DNA of 63,499 nucleotides, counting the filler, from Bigelowiella natans CCMP2755 (taxonomy: Eukaryota > Protista > Cercozoa), in assembly GCA_000320545.1 (NCBI GenBank). It is 6 parts of 6 records of this genome, joined end to end, with 100 filler letters (N's around TTAATTAATTAA, not from the genome) between each part and the next. Parts side by side here need not be neighbours in the genome. Positions count along the whole stretch, not along the records: positions 10,687 to 19,538 come from ADNK01001885.1; positions 19,639 to 25,023 come from ADNK01000803.1; 4 more parts are not named here. One strand, given 5' to 3'. How positions within the stretch are numbered: position 1 is the stretch's first letter; every line of letters begins with the position of its first letter. The position numbers were made by a program, and so were the translations under genes. The notes beneath the pieces are model-generated. The model was not told the origin of the DNA, did not search any database, and was given only the letters and a program-made list of their open reading frames with translations. Below are positions 12,569 to 25,123 of the stretch, piece by piece.

Positions 12569-14497
12569 TATGTATATTATGTTCTTTTACCCAAGGGCTT
12601 CTTGCATCGCCCTCAAAGTCATGTAAGAAATCGGTGCTTGCCAAGTGCTATATCTGTATCATATTCGGGCCAAACCTCAATTTAGTCTACGTAAACAAAA
12701 TTTGAATCGAATCGTTGAATTGCAATTGTTACCCGGCTGCGAGGGCACTCGTCATTGTGCTGTAGGAAAAAACAGATATCATTGCTCACTTGCCAATTAT
12801 CGCTATCTCTTTTGTCTCTATTTTCTCTGCTGATCTATTAACATGTCAGACAAAACACGTAACTATATTATTATTACCTATTGACTCGCATAAGAGCCTT
12901 TGCAACTTCCTCTGCAACCCTATAGTCCTACATCGCATGATTTCGTCGTGAGAAATTATCAAAACTCTAACTTAGGAAAAGTTACAACCTCTCCCATGAC
13001 TTGAGGAAGAGCTCCAAGAGACCTGTTAAAATGTGGAAAGTTATTGGTATATCTTTTGGTGGTGGGGAACTGCTTTCTTATGGATAGTACCATTCGGGAT
13101 AGAGTATTGTTGAGATTCTGAAAGGGAAGGCGTTCCCATCAATGGTAATATTCTGCTTGTTGATGACCTAAAATTTCGTTATGCATTCTCATCATTTAGA
13201 TATCACTTGCCCAAAGAGTAGATGGACAGCAGAACCTTGAAGTACGACTCACTGGTCTCGCCATTTGCATCCATTGTCTGCATATATTCGGGTCCGTTCA
13301 TTTATGTGTACATGCGGGAAATCATCAAATTAGATTTGTGAGACTTACTTCAATCATATCCGTTCGCACAAAACCAACATCCACGTCTCCTGCAGATAGG
13401 TCATGTCAAGTTCATTCCAATCCACATTCAGTGGTTATATATACCCCTTCGTACATCGTGGACGATTTTTTTTTGATTGAACGAAAAACGAACTTGCGCT
13501 GGATCAGTCATTAAATCAAGACCATTTTCTGTCTGTCATTAAAATTTAAATTAGTTTATACCTCATTTGTGCATACAAATTCTCAAATATTCATATCCAG
13601 ATTGCGGAATAAAATGATACCAAGAGTCGCCACTGCATTTGGGCTGCACCCAGCCCTGAAATGGAGACTGCTTCTACGATCTTACCCTATTAAACAGGAT
13701 TGCTTTCACGATTGGTTAAAGATTTTGATTTGTGATGCCCACCCTAAGATCTGCGATGGTGTTTATTTCCGTGTTGTTCTCTCGGGTGAAAACAATGCCT
13801 CCAAATTTAGTCTGATTGTAAATGTGAGACACTAAACCAATTGAAAATTAGTATAGGTGTTTAGTCTTACCAACTCAATGCCTCTACGTAGATTTCTCAA
13901 GGTGACAATGGCAGAAACGTCGAACTCAGATTCTGTGCAATTATTTGTTGATTTACACAAACACATGGTTGACAGGAGATACAGAAACTTCTCAATTACC
14001 AAGACAGCTGAAAGCAGATGGATTCGTGAAGACAAAATCGATGGTTCCATGCTCAACTCGGAGGAATGTCGAAGAGAAGTTCAAAGGAATCGATCTATTC
14101 GATAAGGGAAGAGATACACAACGTTTACACATTGACTGTGAAGAGAAGAATCCATATTCATTACTCGAACGTGAGAGGAGGGTTGAATAAAGGCGACACT
14201 TCTTGGTTCAGATAGTCTGCAAATGTGGGACTCCACCTAATATTTGAAAAATAACTTAAATAAGTATCATCTTCAACTATGAAAAATTATGTTGTTCACC
14301 TAATTACAAAATCAGTTGCGCCTCGAATCGCCAATCCTGATGTATGACATTCCAATTTAAAAAAGGTCATCTAGTTCACATTATAATTATGCCTTACCCC
14401 CGATTTTCCACACTTGCTTGCTTGCAGTGAGATTTTGCGCTGAGGTTCCATAAAGCAAAGCTTGAAGGACCAACGCCAAGAGGACGGGGGACTTCAT
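10975..14497 (-). CDS. Membrane receptor-like protein: signal peptide + PhnD/phosphonate-binding-type solute-binding domain + Cys-rich region + filamin/Ig-like module + TM helix; 3' end lost at spacer
   Basis: About 24 short exons splice to MKSPVLLALVLQALLYGTSA..WKIGGLAIRG..WSPTFADYLN..IDFVFTNPSAFSCLE..FGGIVFTRENNTEINTIADLRGKIVEAVSISGLGAAQMQW..GDVDVGFVRTDMIE..FPFRISTILYPEW..WQAPISYMTLRAMQEALG..CMRSDDLYEAIICPSGYYK..CPSGYKCLCRPC..GDNVLELSIAGTQIPNSPILLRV..TM IIYLPEWFRGLSFFLFLLNVFLALGFMVW. Confidence 0.88.
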
Positions 14498-15089
14498 TGT
14501 TTGCTTGTTAGCTGAAACTGGATAAGATCGCAAGCAGAAGAACGTGCAAATTCGCCTTGCGTCAAAGTATTTACCTCATTATATTAAAAAACCACCTCGA
14601 TTTGGCAGTGATTTTTGCTGCCGAAACGAGATTGCGGAGGTTCGGGAGAGCCTCGACGAGAAATTTTAGAAACAAAGAGTAACGTAACGTAAATGATTGG
14701 GAGAGAACGGATGCGAATAACACCTAAAAAACTACATATAAAATCTTCGGAAGAGATTCGATCCTCGGGTCGCTTGTTTTTGCGTCGTTACGAGTTCTGT
14801 AACAAAAAACTGCAGAACTTCCAGGCCAAATTCCAATAATTCCATGTGGAATTCCTGGAATTCCTCATAGATGAATGATGTACGTATGAATGATGTACGA
14901 AAAACAAATTTTCGGCGAATTTGACAGTTTTTCGATCGAACCACCCTCGTATGTCTATTAATAGAAGTTGAGAGGAGAGATAGTCAGAGACAAAATGATC
15001 ATCTCCAGAGAACCACGAACTAGATCTAGACGGGTCGGCGCAGTTCGATTTCTGTCTTTCTTTTCTTTCTCATCTCCACTGTTCTGACG

Positions 15090-17273
15090 ATGACGATGAT
15101 GTGGTCGCCGCAACATCGGCACGCCCAGTCGAGGTTGCGTAACATTGTATGCATGGTCATCGCTCTGACGATGCTGCTTCTTAAATATGCTACGACCGCT
15201 GGAAGTGTCGCCCTAGCAGCAGAAACTAAGCCAGAAACCGCAGCGGAGACCGTGCATCGCTTTCACAAAAAGGCCGTGGGTAGAAGGAGGTCGAGACACT
15301 TGCCAAGACGTACGGCTCAATTTACTCGAGATAGCTTTTTGAGAACTGCAATTTCACCTGGGCTCTCCGGGGGTGGAGGAAATGTAGAAAGAGAGATGGG
15401 AACCGAAGATAGTGCTGGCACCCGAATAAAGGAACGCTCTTGGGTGAGAGAGGTATTCTCCCTGAATGCCAGTATATTTTATTCCATATTAACTTGCATC
15501 TCTAAATGCTAGGTTTTCATGCCAAACTACTTCTTGAGATTGGGCAGGCGAGGGAACACATTTCGAATGTTGTTTGAATATCTCGAAGCAAGAAATATAA
15601 CAAACCCGGTAGTAGCCCAACAGTTTTCTAATATCTCCGCCAGTGTGTTGACGGTTGTTTTTTGATCAGGTAATTGTCGAAACTGGAACCACACGAAAAC
15701 CATTACATCACCACCAGTTTTGGGTAGATGAATGTAAATAAGAACAGTGCGTTTGATTGTACTGCGTGTGCCATTTAAAATAAATTGACTTTTCACGCTC
15801 ATCCGTGTCAATAACTGTTTGGCCTTTTTTTATGGAGCTAACTGACAGATGGTGTTTGCATAGGATGACGGAGGTTCTACACTGCTATTCGACAGCTATG
15901 TCAACTTTTTCAGTGATGCAAACAAAACGCAAACGCAATCACGTGCTGGAGTCGGTGGACATCATGCACTAGGCGACACCCTCGCAAGGCATAACGATGG
16001 TCATGGAGAGGAGGACGGGGGAGACATGCCACTGACAGGGGGGGATGGTAAATTGGAAGGAATACATGTGGGAGAAGATTATAGGGAAAATGTAAAGAAA
16101 CAGCCGCGGGTCTTCAGCGTTGATATTTCTCAAAGGTGGTATGTGAGCAAGTAAATTGAATACTTCACAGCAGCAGCAGCAGCGGTGTGTGTCATCAACT
16201 AGTTTACAGTGAGGTCGTGTCTGTGTTGTATCCTGATTCATCATTACCTAACGAATTCTTCTCTGGACAGGAATTGTATGAATTGCCAAAGTCTTGTGAG
16301 CAATACAACAAAGGTTATTCATTCCTGTTTCTGATAGCATTCAGAGAATGCGAGCTGCTAAATCATGCCAAAAAACTCTCTGTCTCATCCGGCACTCCGA
16401 TTCTGTAGATAACTTTTTGTGCACGTTTTGACTGGCTTCGGTCGTAGCAGTGGCAATGATCGAATCCTGTTTCTCAACGTGCTGCGCAACTCATTCATTC
16501 ATTATCATATTGATTCCCAACACCTTATTCTCATGGCGAAGCTCCGAAAATTGTGAAACCTTGAGTTAATTTTTTTAAGGTTGTTTGCCGCGACAGCGTC
16601 AAGTTTCTCCATGATTTTCAACCGACAGTGGTAAAATGGATAGATGAGAAAACTTTAGTATCTTTAGAAGAGACGGAAACCACAAGGTTGAACACAACTT
16701 CCCTCGTCCATTACTGATAATTACAGGACGTGCTCTACTTGGATTCGTTCGATCTTGATTGGAACAATCCACACCCGTCTGCTCTCCATCATATCAAGGT
16801 TCTGCTCTTCTACAAAGTCCCATTCCTTAAGTTCAGAAGATGCTCAAAACCTCACCACGCTCAAATGTTACAACATATAGGAGCTATGTGCCTCGTTGAA
16901 AAACCTCAAGCCTGGATCATTAATTATAGTAGATGATAATGCTCAGGTGGAAGTAGTAGTAGTAGTAGCAGTAGTAGTAGTACAAAAGGCAGAAATATGT
17001 CAGCAGTTATTTGTATCAAGATACATAGATTTGCTGATTTACGAATCTGAGCAGCACTCCGCTACGTTTCACAGGGCGTGGGTAAAGGAGTCTATGTTCG
17101 AGACTTTATGGAGAACATTGGAGCTCAAGTGCTATTCGATGATTACCAGGTAATTCTTGGCTTTGTTCCTGCGAGCATTGTTCTTAATTCATCCTGGTGT
17201 GTGTGTGTGTGTGTGTGTGTTCTATTGAATTTTACAGATAGGTTTCGTGTATCGCACTTCTGAGTGCAAATAA
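15090..17273 (+). CDS. Class I SAM-dependent methyltransferase (Methyltransf_24-like) with N-terminal signal/anchor
   Basis: Spliced motifs VIVETGTTR..W-DDGGSTLLFDSY..VFSVDIS..DVLYLDSFDLDWNNPHPSALHHIKELCASLKNLKPGSLIIVDDN..GKGVYVRDFMENIGAQVLFDDYQIGF; hydrophobic IVCMVIALTMLLL near the N-terminus. Exons between 16300 and 16720 are unresolved. Confidence 0.85.
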
Positions 17274-17903
17274 TAAATAACGACATATAGCAGCGCTTCT
17301 AAAGGGAATGGGTTCTGATAATCATCACGAGCATCCAAATTTAACCCTTATTATCGTGTGAATGAAACGTTATTAACGCACGCTAGCTAACGTCTGAGCT
17401 CGCGCTATTACCCTGGGCGCAGCAGAAGCCCATGCAGACTATGCGACTGCGCTCTCATTGCCTCGTGATCGTCTTGGAAACCCTGAAAACGCAGCGCTCA
17501 TGCAACGTCTAGATGTTATTGATGGTTTCCATCAAGCACTGTCCTCGCATCGAGGGACTAGTATATAACCACAAGCTTTGTGTAATGTGCAATCAGAAAC
17601 ACACGATCACGGCCTCCTCATGCTGAGATTAATCCAGCAGCGCAACATATAATAAAGTTGAAGTTACGACCGTAAACGCCGATGCGCACGCGCCGCAGCA
17701 GCACAGGCTTTGTTGCATCTGCGAACGCTCTCTGCTGCTGCTGCTGCATCACAGGCACCAGCAATAGCTATGGCCTAATAGCAGGCATGTAAGCTTCACA
17801 TCAATCTCTGCATCCGTCCTACTTTCTGCTGTGATTGAATAAGCTACAAAAATTACATCGAAGGCAAGATAAGAGCATATTTCGAGTCATCATGTCAAAT
17901 AGT

Positions 17904-18800
17904 TCAAGAGGTTTCAGAACGCAAAATCTCGTTTATGGAGCCTTCTATTTGCGTACGCATTGTCGCATTGGATGACAGTACCTGATGGAAGCACAAATTG
18001 TGAGCAATATCTAGATGATGCCAAAAAACATGCTCGAAGCAAGGAGAACACACCATTTACATCACACATCAGTTACATATGTATACTTCCTACAGTATTT
18101 GTATAAATATATTAAAAAATAGTATCTACGAAATCGGGAGACGCTCATAATCTCCCTGCACAATCAGCCAGCCAGCCAACCAACCAACCTCTATTGTGTT
18201 GTCCCTTCCCTGTGCGACTTTCTCGCCCTCGAGATAGTAATAAGACCCTCTTCTTTCTACAACTCCTAATGTTTCTCCTACGTCCAAAACACATCCCTCG
18301 GAAAAGAAGAAGAAGAAAAAGAATAAGAATAAGAATAAGTATAAGAAGGGCATAAAAAGAGTAACGTGCAATTTCTCAATAATGTCGCCATGTAGGTAGC
18401 AACACCACGTTGAAAATGCGATAAATGACTAAGATAGTATATAAGGAGGGAACGATTGGCAATAACGCATATGAAACCTGCTAGCAATCATGTTCAATGA
18501 AACAACAGAATGATTGCGACGATAATGATGATAATGACAACGACAACGACAATGGCAGCGAAATAATGACAGTGAAACTCATCGTCATTACTTACCACAG
18601 AGTTGATGCCTTCCCCAAAGATGATATCGAACTCAGCGAGCTTATACGGGGGGGCGACCTTGTTCTTGACAACTTTCGTCTTGACGTTGATTCCTTTGTG
18701 CTTTCCGTCAGCTTCGATCCTTCCCTGCAAACGAGAAGAAACAGCACTCAAAAACGTGTTTGCTTGTAATTCGTAAACTTCCCGCGCGCGCTCACACACA

Positions 18801-18836
<36 letters not shown>

Positions 18837-18878
18837 GGATAACAATGCTATTCACCAGGCAATCATCATGATCCTCTT

Positions 18879-18921
<43 letters not shown>

Positions 18922-19374
18922 ATACAAATCTACAGAAGGGAAGAACATTATGCGGAAGCAGCAGGGGTGCTACGAGAGTGAAAGGCTTTAATGAGGAAGC
19001 AAGGGAGTGAGGAGGAGGGGAGGAAGAGGAGGATGTGATTCCAAATCGGATGACGATATGCTCACATCTCAACATCGCTCCTTTGATACTCATTCTTGAA
19101 TGCGGACACGTATTCTTTTTCTTCTTCTTCTTCTTCATCTTCTTTCTGTTACCTTCACACGGATCTCCACCCGAACAGACGCGTAAAACTTGAGCGCATT
19201 TCCACCGCTGTGTATGTGATGATTTCAATTCATTGTGCGTAGCCTCTATTGGCACGAGTGAAGCAGTGTGTATTTGACTCATTGCGATGTGAAAGGGGAG
19301 TTCGCAAGCAGTAGGCATTATGTTAACCTCGTAACTTCGGGATTCCCGTACAAAACGCCGATCTTGTAGCGAAT
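17904..19374 (-). CDS. recA: Bacterial-type (organelle-targeted) RecA recombinase, C-terminal half; 5' part lost at spacer
   Basis: Exons [16 protein letters not shown] | [18 protein letters not shown] | ..[27 protein letters not shown] | [36 protein letters not shown] | [25 protein letters not shown]; these contain RecA signature motifs. Confidence 0.96.
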
Positions 19375-19538
19375 CTAATATATGTAGACAATATGCGCGC
19401 ACATTTTTGTTCACCTGTGTCGCTATAATAAAACGATGTCATTGAACAAACATCTGGTCATCATCCTCTGCATGTTATAATTTCTCTCCATCATCATGAT
19501 CTTCACACAGTGTCATCACCTATCATTCTCCCCTCCCT

Positions 19539-19638
19539 NNNNNNNNNNNNNNNNNNNNNNNNNNNNNNNNNNNNNNNNNNNNTTAATTAATTAANNNNNN
19601 NNNNNNNNNNNNNNNNNNNNNNNNNNNNNNNNNNNNNN
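19539..19638. other. Assembly spacer
   Basis: N44-TTAATTAATTAA-N44. Confidence 0.99.
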
Positions 19639-19995
19639 AGGGGATGACGTAAGGAAGAAATTTCTTCTTTGAAAACCACCTCACCGTCGTTGGGTGAAGA
19701 GCGAAAGATTTACAGGAACTCGAGTGCAAAAAAAGGCGACTTAGCCGGATTCCCCGTATAGGAGAATACCATATTAACCCCGTCATTTCGACCTTGTTCT
19801 GCCGCTCCCCCACCGCTCATGTAACAGTCATGAATGTGTCAGCTAGTGTGTTAGTGTGTGTGCGTATAGGGAATTCCGAGGGAAGCATAAACTTCGCCTC
19901 CCCAGCGCTCGCTGATGCATAAGGCAACATATATATGCTTGCCAGTTTCTACCTCTCTCTTTCTCTCTCTCTCTGCTCATCAATGTGCGACAGGA

Positions 19996-20070
<75 letters not shown>

Positions 20071-20336
20071 CGTTGCTGCCATTATACATATATACATACA
20101 TGCATACATGCATGCATAGGAGCTGCTGCAGAATGGAGGAGGAAGAAGAAAGCGCTACGGACCATGTTCTCGATGGGCGGCGGGGGGACGAGTATAGCGT
20201 CCTTCAAGAGGCGAATGAACGGATTTCTTTCGAGGAGGCCAATGGGGAGCATATTTCCGCTCAGACACATCGCAATAGATGAGGGTATACAGTGCTCTAA
20301 CATATATTAAACCCCTTTCCTCCCCTTCCTACTTAC

Positions 20337-20376
<40 letters not shown>

Positions 20377-20710
20377 CAACATCCAAGACCTATATCCAAG
20401 CAACACGTCTTCGTCTCGGGCCCATGAGATTAAACAGCAGCAGCCGCAACGGGAACCTTTCGGGGGGCTCCAGAAAGGCAGGAAAGAGCGCGAGGTTCTC
20501 CAGATGAATCTTGGTGCCAGCCTATCACCCGAGGATAGCCGCGAGAATTCGCCCGTTCGAATCTACGACAACTCTCCTACTGTCCCCATGTCAGTGAGGT
20601 TAGAAATCAGACGGAGACGGGCCGACGATGCCAGCGGTAGAGGCGACCATGTGTCCCGTGAAGGCTCCTCACCGGATCGTGGCAATGCACTTGCTGCTGT
20701 GAATGTCTAG
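19639..20710 (+). CDS. 3' end of a hypothetical protein
   Basis: AG-preceded exon-like blocks GAAAEWRRKKKALRTMFSMGGGG... and a terminal ORF DNIQDLYPSN...AAVNV* (stop 20710), separated by microsatellite introns. No family recognised. Confidence 0.4.
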
Positions 20711-21495
20711 CGCCAGAATCGAAATTCACCGCGTCGGCGATTGTTGGGCTCACAGTGCTGATGTGTAGTAGTGGTAGTAGTAGTAGTAGCAGTGGAGGTA
20801 GCAGTTGCGGTGTGCTGTCTTGTCTGATGCTGTCACATGTCTAGATGTTTTTGATGTCAGCATGGAGATGTTCGGTCATCCGAGGAGAGATCAGGGTGCA
20901 TGATGGGCTGTTTTATTGATCAAAAGATGAGTGGATCATGCCATTGCTATGTATAGCATCCTGCAATAGCATTCCTGTTACATCGCTCTGTGAAGGTTTG
21001 CTTGTGCACACTTCGCAGTCATTAGCAGTCACAATGATGATGATGTCATCATTTCATGTACATTGCACGCTACTGGCCAATCATTTCGCACTTTTCTGAA
21101 GAGCAGAGGATCAGATCAATGTCGCACATGCGAATGACACAACACATGCAAACATGGGGTAGCTTGTTTTCATGGATTGATGAGATTGTGTTGCGCACAT
21201 GCATCTTCAAAAAGCGTCTGTGGTGGGCTGCGTGTAGCGATGGCACTTATCGTCCTAGCCGTTAATCACCAAGGCAATGACGACATGGCATCAGTGTGAG
21301 CTGGAGCCATCCCAACACACGTGGCCCAACTTGGCGTCAAAGCGTTTTTTGATGATGGGGGCGCTGTACGGGAGGCTGTTCATTGTGTCGGAGCTTGTAC
21401 GACATTGCTCATTTTCCGGGCACTGTCAAAGGTAATTGTCGCTTAGTCGCTGATTTACTGACTAGCCAGCAGAGCCATCGTTGGACTGGGTAGCG

Positions 21496-22188
21496 TCATT
21501 TGGGGACAACTGCGGCGTCTCCTCCTTCGGATTTTGCCTGATTGAAGGCAGTGAGGTCGGTAGAAGCACTTGTGTTCGTACCACCTGCCGCTGATGATGA
21601 CGATGGCTGCTCCATTTTCTCGACGACGAAGTAGTTCTGTCTCAGGCTTATGCGAACTCCCAGGGGTCCCACTCTAGCGCTAGTGTAGTAGTGCTGCCTC
21701 TTTGGCTTTCCAAGGCCCGTGTGCTGAGGACTCGTACCACGATTGACGAGAGTCACACTGAACGCTGTCTTTGAATCAAGCCTGGGCACTACGCTCCGGC
21801 GCCCCTTCGAAATCGTGAATTCTACCCAGCCCTTGGTTGGACCGTCTCGCGCTGGGCGCTTGTGTGAGCCTCCCATTCTTCTCACCCATATGCATTCGGA
21901 ATCCTGGTGGGGCGTGTCGTCATCGCTTGTCAGAGCTGTCAGAGGAAAGCGCCAGGCCTCGTTTGATCCACGGGATCCGCATCGAGCAGCATATCCCAGT
22001 CCCCACTCTCCGTCAGTTACATCTATATCCTCAGCCGACGGACTCTTCATTGTAATCGTGCTAGGCTTAGCAACGTCTACATGAGGGATGTCCTCAGCCT
22101 TTACCTCTTCCGTTGTGACGGGGTCCTTCGGGGCCTCTTTCACCGGAGGGGCGGGGGCTTTGGCAGAAGGAGCTTTACGTTCCATGTG
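21496..22188 (-). CDS. Hypothetical protein (long single exon; 5' end uncertain)
   Basis: A 245-codon ORF free of microsatellites, with Pro/Ala/Lys-rich N-terminus and a globular-looking core (GEWGLGY..WRFPL..GWVEFTIS..YYTSARVGP). It may have upstream exons to about 22600. Confidence 0.5.
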   Translation of the reverse strand, partial: HMERKAPSAKAPAPPVKEAPKDPVTTEEVKAEDIPHVDVAKPSTITMKSPSAEDIDVTDGEWGLGYAARCGSRGSNEAWRFPLTALTSDDDTPHQDSECIWVRRMGGSHKRPARDGPTKGWVEFTISKGRRSVVPRLDSKTAFSVTLVNRGTSPQHTGLGKPKRQHYYTSARVGPLGVRISLRQNYFVVEKMEQPSSSSAAGGTNTSASTDLTAFNQAKSEGGDAAVVPK

Positions 22189-22946
22189 AAGTTGCGGAAG
22201 CAGCAAATGTCTCAACCTCCTATCAGATATCAAAGACAGAGTCTCCCCTTCAAGATCAGCCCCTCCCCGGCTTAGTCTGCAGTCCGGTTAAAAATATCAA
22301 CGAGTTGGGCAACCGGAGATGCAGCAAATGCGATAGGAAAATGTAGGTAATTACACGATGACGACAATGATTCTACCGTTTTTATCGATGCCCAGTTAGG
22401 GTTCTTCGGCAACGGAGGAGGGACGCTTTTTCCCAAAACACACCAGATAATTCCAGGGATTTTTGTCCTAGATCGATCTAAATGGGACATGAAATCACAG
22501 GTGACGGCAGCGACTACCTGATTTTCATGCTGTTTCTCTTGGGAAAAGGAGCATATTCCGTCTTGCCTCGGCTGCATGAAGATTAAACTGTTGCGACATG
22601 AAAAAGTTATTGTCGCATAGAATAAACCCTCAATTTCCAACAGCTTTTGCCGAAAAGCCCCGCCTCCTTCCAGCCGTTGAAGGAGCAAGAGAGCAGTCTC
22701 TGGCTGCTCTCCCAAAATTACGCCTTGAAATTTGGGTTTTTTCCTTATGAAAAGGACTGCATTTCTCTGAAATATGCACTAAGAATCACGATTTGAACGC
22801 CTGAAAGCCCTTCCTTCACAAGAACCCAAACAACCAACCAATAGCCTCCCCCCCCAGAGAGGACAGGACGAGGAGGAGAAAAGAGGCGCGCCCTCTGTTT
22901 AGATAGCTGCCGAGAAATAACCGGAACATAGGAGGCACGTCGGAAC

Positions 22947-24664
22947 ATGCATTCAAACCACCTGGACGACACGCCGCCGGCCGTCAACGACCTCATGGCA
23001 AAGGCCTCTACGGTAGCTCGGTTGCATTTTTACACTTTCCCGCAGTCATTTCTCAATACTTGCGCTGCCGGCTTGGTGTGCGAGCACCGCAGTATAGTCG
23101 ATTTTCAAATCTGTGCGCACACTTACACTTACACTTACACTTACACACACACACACACACACACCAGGAGGCTGAGGCGAAGGGGTCGATAGCGATGGAG
23201 TTGGGACTTCGAAATCGGAGCAACCCCCTGGTCCTAGAGCGAGAGCGCAAGTCGGACGCGATGAGCGTTGCCGGGACTCAGAAGGAGGAGGAACTAGGCC
23301 GCACACCCGATGACAACCAATCCCTGAAGTCAGAGTGCTACGAGGAGCCGAGGAAGAAGCAGGGGGCTCTTTTCTTCGTTTCTGTCGGGACGTTCAAAAA
23401 GCCTCTGGACATCTTTCGCGCGTTCGCTGAGTCCGCGGCCAAGAAGGGAGCGCTCAGTTTTTGGAAAACCTTCGTCGCTGGAATCATGGCTGGGATGTAC
23501 GTTTTTCCCTCGCCCAGTCAAACCCCCTTTCCCTTAGCTAGTTGGAACGAGTGTTCTTACCTCCCTTTACCAGCCGTAGTAATCCAACAAGAAGCATACC
23601 CGCAGGTATATCGGAGCGGGTGGGCTCTTCAGTATAGTGGTGGGGGGGGGGATGCCTGGAATTATGGAAACGGATCCTGGGTAAGTAGGTGGCAGTCGCG
23701 GTCGCACTAAAGAACAAACACCACACGCCTTTTAATGCTGCACACAACACGCGTGGGATACTCTGCTCGCTACGCTCTCACCCTGGGTTTTGCTGCCCTG
23801 CTTCTATTTACTCCTCCTCCTCCTCCTCCTCCTCCTCCTCCTCCTCCTCCTCCTCCTCCTCCTCCTCCTCTTTTCACACAATGATGATGATGATGATGGT
23901 GGTTGCCATGCTTGTCAATGCTGTGAAGGGTCCAGCGGCTCGCGTTCGCCGCGGTGTTCCCCGTGGGACTGCTGCTGTGTAAGGTGACTGGTGCTGAGCT
24001 TTGGACGGGCAATGCGAGCACTATGGCTACCGGTATTATCGAAGACCATGATGATGAGACGGAGGGGGGTGGGAGGGGGTCCATAGATCTTGCACGCCAG
24101 CGGTTTCCAAAAGTTTTTTTTGTGTTTTTCCTCTGGATCTCCTCCGTCCCCCCCCTCCCCCTCTCTCTCCCGCTCCATGTGTGTGTGTGTGTGTGTGTTT
24201 ATTGTGCACACCTACTCTGATCTCTGAACGATGTCGTCGTCCTCGTCGTGGTCCGCTATCCATTAAGGTTTCCTGAACGGCAAAGCAACTTGGAAGCACG
24301 TACTGTACAACTGGAGCGTGGCGTGGATCAGCAAGTAAGTCCGTTCACAACAAACGGGTTCGAGTCGGAACGGGCGAGGATTTGGCCGAGAGCGAGAGGG
24401 GGGGAGGGGGGAGTGCGAGAGTCTGAAGACGAATGCAGCAAACATTGTCCTTTTTGGCTCCTTATCGAAAGATGACGCCGTTATCGTCCACAATCATTGT
24501 CATCATCCTCACCGTTGCCATCGTTACCACCATCATTCAGTTTCTTGGGGTCGATATTCTTCGCGTACTTTTTTGTCTACCTGGCGGGGGTCTTGGACGA
24601 CGATCCGTACCTCACCTTCATAAAGAACGTCGCCGTGAAGAAAATTGACCTGGACCCCTTCAAA
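22947..24664 (+). CDS. Formate/nitrite transporter (FNT; NAR1/FocA/NirC family); 3' part lost at spacer
   Basis: Spliced sequence KTFVAGIMAGM|YIGAGG..GLQRLAFAAVFPVGLLLCKVTGAELWTGN..VLYNWSVAWIS..FLGSIFFAYFF..AVKK. It matches the FNT motifs AGxxIG, FPxGL, GxELFTGN and W..NxxG. Confidence 0.93.
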
Positions 24665-24753
24665 GTAGAGTACTAGCAGCAGACAAAAATATAAGCAAAA
24701 GACTAAGAATAAGAAGAAAAGGAGAAAATAACGAAGGAGTGGCTCGATTTGTT

Positions 24754-24791
<38 letters not shown>

Positions 24792-25023
24792 CGCGCGCGT
24801 GTGGCCTCACGGGATGCCCGGACGTGTATGTGTCCATACATGTAGATATGTACTCGCAAGCTTCGCTCTATAAATACGATAGCAATACAACACCGGAGGA
24901 AAAAACAAAAGAAAAGAGCACCTTGCAGATAGTCCCGCGATTACGTGTATATTGCGTATACTTGCTTCTAACGATGATGATCACTTGTGCTCCTCCTCCC
25001 CCCCCCCCCTCCCCTTCTCCCTC

Positions 25024-25123
25024 NNNNNNNNNNNNNNNNNNNNNNNNNNNNNNNNNNNNNNNNNNNNTTAATTAATTAANNNNNNNNNNNNNNNNNNNNN
25101 NNNNNNNNNNNNNNNNNNNNNNN
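25024..25123. other. Assembly spacer
   Basis: N44-TTAATTAATTAA-N44. Confidence 0.99.

Noticed and set aside
17904-19374. Bacterial contamination or prophage suggested by recA and other bacterial-type domains
   Set aside because: recA, the FNT, the methyltransferase and the PhnD-like gene are all split by GT-AG introns, many containing host-type microsatellites, so they are genuine nuclear genes.
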